This document shows, in pieces, positions 24,801 to 33,800 of a stretch of 64,000 nucleotides of DNA; position 1 is the stretch's first letter; each line of letters starts with the position of its first letter. Under the pieces are notes generated by a model. That model saw nothing but the letters and a program-made list of their open reading frames with translations. It made no database searches and had not been told where the DNA came from. This DNA comes from Veleropilina oligotropha (Eukaryota). The position numbers and the translations under genes were made by a program. The stretch is taken from contig JBEUKZ010000096.1 in NCBI GenBank assembly GCA_048128005.1, positions 558,001-622,000 on the forward strand, read 5' to 3'.

Positions 24801-27800
24801 AACCCTGTGTTGTGGATACAAGACACAAGTGAATATAAGAAGAGTGATTCTCAAAACTTCGAGGAGTTCTGGAACATCAAGTGAAACCGACATCGTCGTC
24901 AAGGACGCTGTGGCTGTTAAAAATGGCCGCTTAGAGGGAAAGTTTCGTGTGTAGCTGAAATTTCTGGTCGGTATATTTATCTGATATTGTTTGAGACTGC
25001 AAACAGGTAACTCATTATATTGGATAATTCCTTAACAACGCTATTTGCTGGTTATTTATTGTATAAAATTTCTAGCGTTGTTAAAAGGCAGGATCTTTCG
25101 ATATCACGCTTGCGTTTTTCTGATATCCTGCCGTTGCTGGGATAATACGCCATTGTACTAATATAAAAACATCCACGAGGTTTTCAGGTGTTTTTCTGGG
25201 CGGTTTTTTCGAGGAAAGAACCACCGTTTGTTTTAGTCAATTTGCCGGGTTACCGGGTCGGTCGGGTAAAATACCCGACCTCGGTGTTCCCAGTTCGGGG
25301 TTTTTTGTGTTTTTTTGCGGTATATCGCTTGATCTTTTATCTTCAGATCAGGGCAATTCTGTGAGTTGTCGTAGTAAAGTCACAACTACCATATATATAC
25401 CTATTTACCTACCCCGTCTACCCACGTCCACCCTCCCGTGTATTTAGCTATGGTCCGGTGCAGTAGCTCCGGGTGTAACCAGAAAATTCACGGATTTGAT
25501 AGGCACAAGGAATGTCGTATTCACCGTAACTGTAGTATACAACATCAATGTGATCTGTGCTTTCTTCTATCAGATAAGCAGTGGGCAGTTCTGTCTCACC
25601 AGGGTAAGTCGACCAGGGCGGCTGCCACGGTGGGTCCTCCCCCGGAGAAGGGTCAGGAAGAGACCGGTAAGTTAACTAATGTTTCTTCCTTGTCTGCTTC
25701 AGGGACGCTGGACGACAGCCGACACAAGGGGACGTCTGTCGCCGGATCCACCGGCGAAACCTCCGCGACTCTTGGGGGAGTCACCGAAACCTTGCCGGTA
25801 CCCCAGATTCAGGTAAAGACCCGAGTGTCGACCGTTCCTCCTCAACCGGGCCTAGTAACTGCAGTCAGCCATACCTTGCCGGCTAGCAAGGTATACATGA
25901 CAGCGCAGCGAACAGCTGAACAGGGCAGACCATCCCCATCCTATTCTTCGGCCTCGAAGAATAAGGGGACAGTTAGTCCTTCTGCGGGAAACTCTCCGTC
26001 TAGCGACGGGGACAGACCCAATGCAGAGAAAGCCTTTAAAGAGGCCGGGCACCTACTTGTAGGTCTAAGACTCGGACAATTGGCGACGCCTGAATCCTCG
26101 CTCGAGAACGACGCGACTTCCCCTAGGGGTTTTCCGCTCAACCTCGAGGCTCACGAGACGTTCAGAGGGCCCGGTCTCTCCCGTGCACCCTACGTGGTCA
26201 CGCTAGAGGACGTGGACAGACCGGCTGCGTTCGGGACGGGGTTCTACGGCGGTTTTCCGTCCGTGCCTCGCTCGAACAGAGTGGTAGACCGATCAGAACT
26301 GTTGCCGCAGTCCTATCGGTCGTCCGGCCCACTGACTGTGCCTTCGGGCCAGTCCTTCGGGTTCGACCCCTCGACAAGTGCCCGTGGACCCTGGTCCTCG
26401 GTACCACCTGTCCGTGCAGCCCGTCTACCTAGCGCCACGGTTTCCTCGGCTGAACTACCGGCTGTTAGTTCAACGCCCGTCCTGCCTCCGGGTTTCTCTT
26501 TTGAGGACGTCCAGGCATGGATCGCGGCGGGGATCGAGGAACGGTGTAAGGCCTGGCCGACGGCTCCCGAGCCGCGCCCGGTACCTACACATCTGCCCAT
26601 GGCGCAGAGCACGGCTCCTGCCTCAGTGATGGACATCGACCCTCGTTCCGACGAGGACCTCGGTTCCAATCACACCGACCTCCCTGAATCGGTCGGGCCC
26701 GAAGACATTAGTCTTACAGGCACGCAGGAGCCGACCTCCTCCACCCGCCGAAGGCTCGACGCCGTTGCGTCACTTCGCGGGGTGCTTGGCTTGTCGGAAC
26801 CGACTCGGTCGGCTGTAGACGTAGTCAAGCATAGGACGGCAGCACATCGGTTTGTTGGTAGGGAAGCCCCCGAGCTCCCCTCCTTACCTCAGTCCGGGCT
26901 GGTGGATCTGGTTGTAGACTCGATCACCAAGCTCGTTCAGGGGCGCAATACGGTGGAGTCCTCCCCGCTGAACGAGTTCCCTTCGGGGTTCCGTTGTGGG
27001 AGGTACCTCCGGGCCAGTACGCGAGCGATCCCGTTCGAATGCACTGGTCCGTGCCTGGCGACTGTGCCGGCTCATGTGGACGCTTCGTTGCGTCGACTGA
27101 CCGCCAGTCACACTCCCTCCGTAGCGAAAGTTCCTTGGTCCGCCTTGGAAGCTTTCGAGAGCGCCGCCCGACGGGCTCTACGGCTATCGTCTGTTCAGGA
27201 CTTTTTCTTGGACGGCGCGATAGCCGTACTACAGGAGGATGGACCCGGCGCCCCCGAGGCTGCCCTGTCCTTCCTCCAGGAGGTTGCTGCCGCGCAGGAG
27301 ATCAGCGCGTTGGAGACGGGACGTGTCCTGGGCAATGCCCTCCTACTCCGTAGGGATGCTTGCCTGGAAGGTACCTCGCTGGACGAGCCCACCCGGCGCT
27401 CGTTGCGATGTGTACCTTGCTCGGCCACCACTCTCTTTGGTGACAACTTTTCGGAGTTCGTTGACAAGAGAGCGGCGGACATGAAGGACCGTGCCATCGA
27501 GAAGGCAGTACTGCACCCCACTCGGGGTCCACCTACCGACTCGAGGAAGCGCTCAGGGCCCACCCGGGCCCCGAAGCCTTCTAAGCGTGCGAAGCCCTCT
27601 TCGGGTGGTAGGCCTCCGGCCAATAAACCCACTCCAAAGAGGCAAGCACCTCCAGCGAAATCCCGCAAGCAGAGCGGGAGAGGGAAGCCTCGGCCCTAGG
27701 GCTGCCGGCATTCGCGACGGCCCCAGTTGCCCGCTTCCGCCGGTGGGAGCGTGCCTGTTAGCACACAGCCAGTCGTGGCTAGAGCTGACAGACAGCAACT

Positions 27801-30800
27801 GGGTCCACTTAGTCGTGAGTGCCGGATACAAGTTGGCATTCAACCGGCATCCGACCTTAACCGAGGCACCACCAACAAGACACGCTCGCCTCCTAAACGG
27901 AGAGAAACAAGCGGTCTTAGACCAGGCAGTGCGGGATTTGCTCCTAAAACGAGCGATATATCCCGCGCCGCCCAGCACACCAGGATTTTACAGCCATTTC
28001 TTCCTGGTCCCGAAACCCGATGGCCGCTGGAGACCGATCCTCGATCTCTCGTATCTAAACAGATATCTTCGTACCGAGAAATTCCAGCAAGAAACCCTCT
28101 CGAAGATTCGAGCGGCCATCCGTCCGGGCGACTGGGCAGCGTCTATCGATCTGGCCGACGCGTGTCTGCATGTCCCGATGCATATCACGGCTCATCAGTA
28201 CCTTCGGTTTATACACGGGGAGACGATCTACCAATTCAGGTGCCTACCGTTCGGTCTATCGCCAGCCCCGTACGTCTTCACGAGAACAGTACAGGCCCTA
28301 GGGGCCTTCCTACACTCTCTAGGGCACAGGGTACATATGTACCTCGACGACTGGCTGATCCTCGGGGCGTCCCGAGATCTGTGCCTCCGGTCTACGAGCT
28401 TTACCCTGTCATCGACGAAGCGCCTGGGATTTCAGATCAACGAGACAAAATCCTGCTTCGTACCCTCGACGACGTTTACGTTCCTCGGAGTCGACTTCGA
28501 TACGGTCCGGTACACCGCGAAGCCGACCCAGAAGCGTATGCGGAACCTACGCGCGGTTATCCAAGACACCCTGTCATCGGACATAACTACGGCGCGACAA
28601 CTGGCCACTGTCCTGGGGCACATCGAGTCGGTAGCGACCCTGCTACCGACGGGTCGCATGGACAAAAGACCGTTACAACAGGCGTTCAGGGATCGCTGGA
28701 TACAACGGACGGGGCAGTGGACGGATCGCATCGATCTACGGCATTGGTTTACCGACACGACAGCAGTGTGGTTGAACCCCGCTTTGCCGGACCAGTCGGT
28801 TCCTATATCCCCACCAGAGCCGAACGCTTACCTGTTCACAGACGCTTCGAACGACGGCTGGGGTGGTCACCTCGACAGCTACGAGACATCAGGCCTATGG
28901 CCGACAGACCTTCAGGGACGACATATCAACTTCCTAGAGTTAGAAGCCGTCTACCTGTCAGTACGGTCCCTCTCGTTACATCTCCGCAACAAGCACATAA
29001 TGCTCGCCACGGACAACACGACTGTCGTCGCTTACATACAGCACCAGGGCGGCACTCGCTCGCGTCCCCTTTGCGACCGAGCAATAGACCTACACCGCTT
29101 AGTGATGTCCCTCAACTCGACGATTCGAGCCCGACACATCCCGGGAAAGCTGAATGTCAGAGCGGATTCGCTCTCTCGGAAATCACAGATAATACACACA
29201 GAGTGGACGCTACACAGCCGAGTAGCTCGGGATGTTTGCCGCCGGTGGTCGCAACCCCAAGTCGACCTGTTTGCAACAGAATTCAATTACCGACTACCTC
29301 TGTATGTCTCCCCGTACCCGGACCCGGCCGCCCTAGCGGTCGACGCACTGTCAATGACATGGGAGAATCTGTCCGCGTATGCCTTCCCCCCGACGTGCAT
29401 TCTATCACTGGTATTACAGAAGGCAGCGACCGAACGTTGCGAGATAACGCTAATAGCGCCCCTGTATCGCACGCAACCTTGGTTTCCGACCCTCCTCGAT
29501 CTGATCGTCGATCGACCGTTAGCGTTACCGCAGAAACTAGACCTGTTAATGCAACCACGCACCCGTGTACTCCACGAGTCGCCGAACCACTTACGTTTAC
29601 ACGCCTGGCGGTTATCGAACGATCCCTTGCTAAGAAAGGATTTTCTAAAGCTACAGCCTTACGTATCTACCGATCGAGAAGGATTTCCACGACAAAAGTT
29701 TATGACTACCGATGGGTTAAGTACGTGGATTGGTGTCACAGCAGGCAGGTCAATATACTCCGTCCCCCTGTGAACAAGTTTATCGAGTTTTTATCGTCGC
29801 TCTTCGACCGCGGTATGTCAGTGTCCGCCGTCAAAGGCTATCGGGCAACGATCGCGACCACGTTAAAACAGTGTCGTGCCCATGCCGGCCTATCAAGCGA
29901 CCGAACGATATCAGATTTTATCCGATCTTACGAACTCGAGATACCGACCCGGAAAATCAAGCCACCTGCTTGGAATATCGTACTTATTCTTAACGCATTA
30001 CTCTTACCCCCGTATGAGCCGATGTCCGAGATAACCATGAGGAACTTGACGCACAAAACGTTTTTTCTGATCGCCTTAGCATCGGGCAGGCGTTGTTCCG
30101 AGATTCATGCTTTCTCCTCCGAGCTAAGAGATATTCGATTCCAGTCAGACGGGTCGGTGATACTGCGTCCTATTCTGGGCTTCCTAGCCAAGAACCAACG
30201 GCCGAACGAGGACGCACCCGATGTTGTTATCCCCAAGCTAACGCTAGTCGGAAGGCGCGACACAGACCGCTTCAATTGCCCGGTCCGGGCGCTTCGCTTC
30301 TACCTAGACAGAACCCGTGATTTGCGGCAGGGAAAGTTACGTTTATTCATATCGTATTTGCCCACCTACACCCGCGACATTACGAGGACTACTGTTTCGC
30401 GGTGGATTTCACAGACAGTGAGAGATGTATACATCCGCTGTGACAACGAAGACCGCACTATTTTGTCGGTCCGCGCTCACGAGGTCCGTGCTATTGCTGC
30501 ATCTGTTGCCTTCCGACATAGTTTGAATATCACTGCGTTACTTCAAGCAGGTTATTGGAAACACGCTAATGTGTTTGTTAAACATTATCTGCGGGACTAC
30601 TCAACAGGTGCTGATGGATTGAGCAGTTTACAGTGTGTTGCTGCCCAAAGATGTATTGTTAGACCGAGGTCATCTAACCAGTAAGTATTGTTCTCTGATT
30701 GATCATTTGCATATTTACTGACGCCATTTTATTTTTGTTGGCTAAACGGTGCTATGAAATTAACACCTATGAGGCAGTTCAATGTCTGTTCATTTCTTAA

Positions 30801-33800
30801 ATCTATTTTAAGATTTTGTACTTTTCATGTCAGACCTGAGTGTTGACAGCCAGATTACATTGAATTTAATAAAACAACTTTATAATTTTGCACAAATCTT
30901 AAAAAAGATTGAGGTTCAATATTATTATGTTCTTTGCTGTAATCGAACATACGATGTTCAATACATTGAAAATTTTTGATTCCTTAACATTTATTTTTAA
31001 GTAACATGTCGAACATTTTTGCTTCCTTAAAATTATTTTAAGTGACATGTCGTCCATGTTAGCGTTCGCAAGTTGGTCATGCGAATTACTTATTAATATC
31101 GATTATTTATAATAATCTATTAATTCTTTGCTTTTGATTTAAAGCTTTCACAACCTGTTAGGTTCCGTGTGCTTACAAATCCGACTGCATCCTCTGGCTA
31201 CCGGCCTATAGGCCCGGAGTTCCATTTGGCTGCCACTGGTCCATGACACGTAAGACCTACAGGGATTTATCCTTCCGGCCGTGCCTGGGGCTGATTGCAC
31301 TTCCGTTCACCTCGTCCGACTAACACCACGGCGTATTCTCCCGGTAACACTGGTCGAAATTCTCGCTTGGTAAGAGTAGAATATAATACTCAGTAAAATT
31401 CCACTCTAGGCGGACACAATCGACGCTTCATGCTGATTGAATTGGTGAAAAGTAAGTCATTATCTTGTTTGGGTTTGTTGTAAGGAACGTCTTACCCACC
31501 TATCCAAGGTTATTCTGGCAAGAGTAAGGACGTAAGTATGTTTGTAACTACATATGAGGTTTTAATTTAAACCTAATATTAGTATAAAACATACTTACGT
31601 CCTTACCACGGTTACCCACCCTGCGTTTCGCATTCCTCCCCTCTACTACGTTCCTTTGGGGTTTTTGAACTTTGAATTGAGGTCTTGTGACTTCTATGGT
31701 TCAGAAGTCTCGCGAGACTTGGCGAGGTCTCGCGGGGGAACGTAGGAGAGGGGGAGCAGGGGAGGTAACCGTGGTACGTTTTTGACTTATTAATAGTGCA
31801 TAATGTGACTTATTCACTGTTTCCGGTTAGCGATAATATTACTATTATGGCAAGAGTAAGGACGTAAGTATGTTTTATACTAATATTAGGTTTAAATTAA
31901 AACCTCATATTATTCACTGTTTCCGGTTGGCGATAATATGACTATTATGGCAAGAGTAAGGACGTAAGTATGTTTTAACTAATATTAGGTTTAATTAAAA
32001 ACCTCATATTTTGTATGTCGACCGTATAAGTCGACCCCCGACTTTTCGATTTCAGGCGGCTGAGAAAATATCAACACCCTATTTTAAAGATGTTGTATGT
32101 TGACAATAAATTATTGGCATATTTTGAAATATAAATCCTGATATGTTTTTAACTTGTTATTTATTAATGAATATTAATTGTCGGAAATTAATTCTTACCG
32201 ATACACTTTGACTGTCTTACATATTGATTCTTGGTAATTATGAAAAACTACGTCGTTAATGTTCCGCGCTAACAATTGTAAATCCATGTTAAGATCCTTT
32301 GTTGAACAAAGATTGTATTATTATTCAATATAGAATCTGTCCTGTGGTAATTACGTTCTTTTGTAAATTGTGTGTAAGACAAACATGGCAGTCAACTGTA
32401 CAAGATTAGGTACCTCGAAGCAGCAAATAGCATTAACGTTTCTCATTGGATAACAATTAACAGGCAAAATCTGTCAATTATTTGCTGGGTAGAAACGGTT
32501 TACAAGATCGTGTCGCTGTATCTAGTACTGTCAAACACGACACTGTGTTCATATTATTACCAACAACCACCCATTGTGGGCCCTGAGATGAAACGCTTGT
32601 TTGCCTCGTGTCAAAGTCCAAAGGTCGTGAATCATTACGCAGATGTTTTTAGATGAGCCTAGCATGTATATATAGGTCTATAAGAACGGGGTAAGACATT
32701 CAATGAAATGCATTCGCGGAATTCGGGTACAATTTAAATACAAATAAATATGAAAAGCTGAATAATTATTATAATGTTTAATAAATATAAATAATGATAA
32801 CAATAACAAAAATGTTAACACAACATTCGGTCCTTGCTCCATTTGCGATGTCTACCTGGAATCGGGTAGAAAATCAGATGCATCAAAATGTTCGAAGTCG
32901 GTCTCGGTATCAGAATCTCCAAACAAGTTATGAAACTCTTCCTCCGTGTAGACGCACGCATCATCGTAAATGTCACTGTACCCATCCAGTGCTTCCTCGT
33001 CGCTCTCGTGGTCGACATCGGGTGCTACGTGCGTCGTGTCGTCTCGGATAAACTCGTTAAAAAGTTCATCATCTTCAGTACCGTCCATAGCGTTGGAAAT
33101 GCCGCACTTTAAGAATGACTTTGCCACCATGCTTGGTTCAATGTCCCTCCACGCATCAATAACCCACTCGATCACGACGTGCAACGAAGGTCGTTTTAAC
33201 GATCCGGATTTCGTGGTTTCGACGTCTCCAGATGTCATCCACGATGTCCACAGTTTCCTCATCTTCGTCTTAAACGGTTTGTTAAGACAAACATCTAGCA
33301 GTTGAAGGATGGACGTCGTTCCACCGGGAATCACAACCATGTCGGATTTCTCTCTTTTCACTTTCGCTTTGACGCTGTCTACCAAATGCCCGCTAAACAT
33401 GTCCCACACTAACATCGATCGCTGTTTTCGCAACGCACCACACCTTGTCGATATACAAGGCCATCATTTCTTCGTTCATCCAACCTTTCTGGTTGGCGGC
33501 GACGACCACACCACGGGGCAAATCCTTGGGCAGCGTTTTTCTTTTAAATATCAGCATTGGTTTTAATTTGGTTCCATCTGCCATGACTGTCAAGACCACA
33601 GTAAATCTGGTCTTTTCGTTTCCTGTTGTTCTGATCGATATCGTTTTGGAGCCGCTAAAGTGGACTGTTGAATTCGAAGGCATGTCGAATGTCATAGGCG
33701 TTTCGTCCATATTTCCGATATAGCACAGTTCATAGGCGTGTCGTTTCCGTAGCTCAATGACATACTTGTGGAAACTGTCCACTTTGGACTCTACATCTTT

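Larger units (their letters stand above)
24466..31910 (+). mobile_element. DIRS1-like retrotransposon, copy C (full length, about 7.44 kb, distinct subfamily, all ORFs open), inserted in the right ITR of A
   Basis: ITRs 24466-24683 and 31668-31910 are complementary with C-specific variants; ICR 31516-31606 is complementary to both termini. Confidence 0.97.
9948..32007 (+). mobile_element. DIRS1-like tyrosine-recombinase retrotransposon, copy A (about 7.3 kb net, degenerate, host of B and C)
   Basis: Left ITR 9948-10165; right ITR split into 24325-24467 and 31911-32007; internal complementary region 24174-24264; gag/RT/RNase H/YR remnants; A-specific ITR variants (AATTATGCAC, CGATTACC) match at both ends. 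Confidence 0.95.

Noticed and set aside
10996..30320. Many short antisense and alternate-frame ORFs inside the DIRS copies
   Set aside because: Expected by-products of GC-rich, dual-coding sequence; repeated only because the element is repeated.
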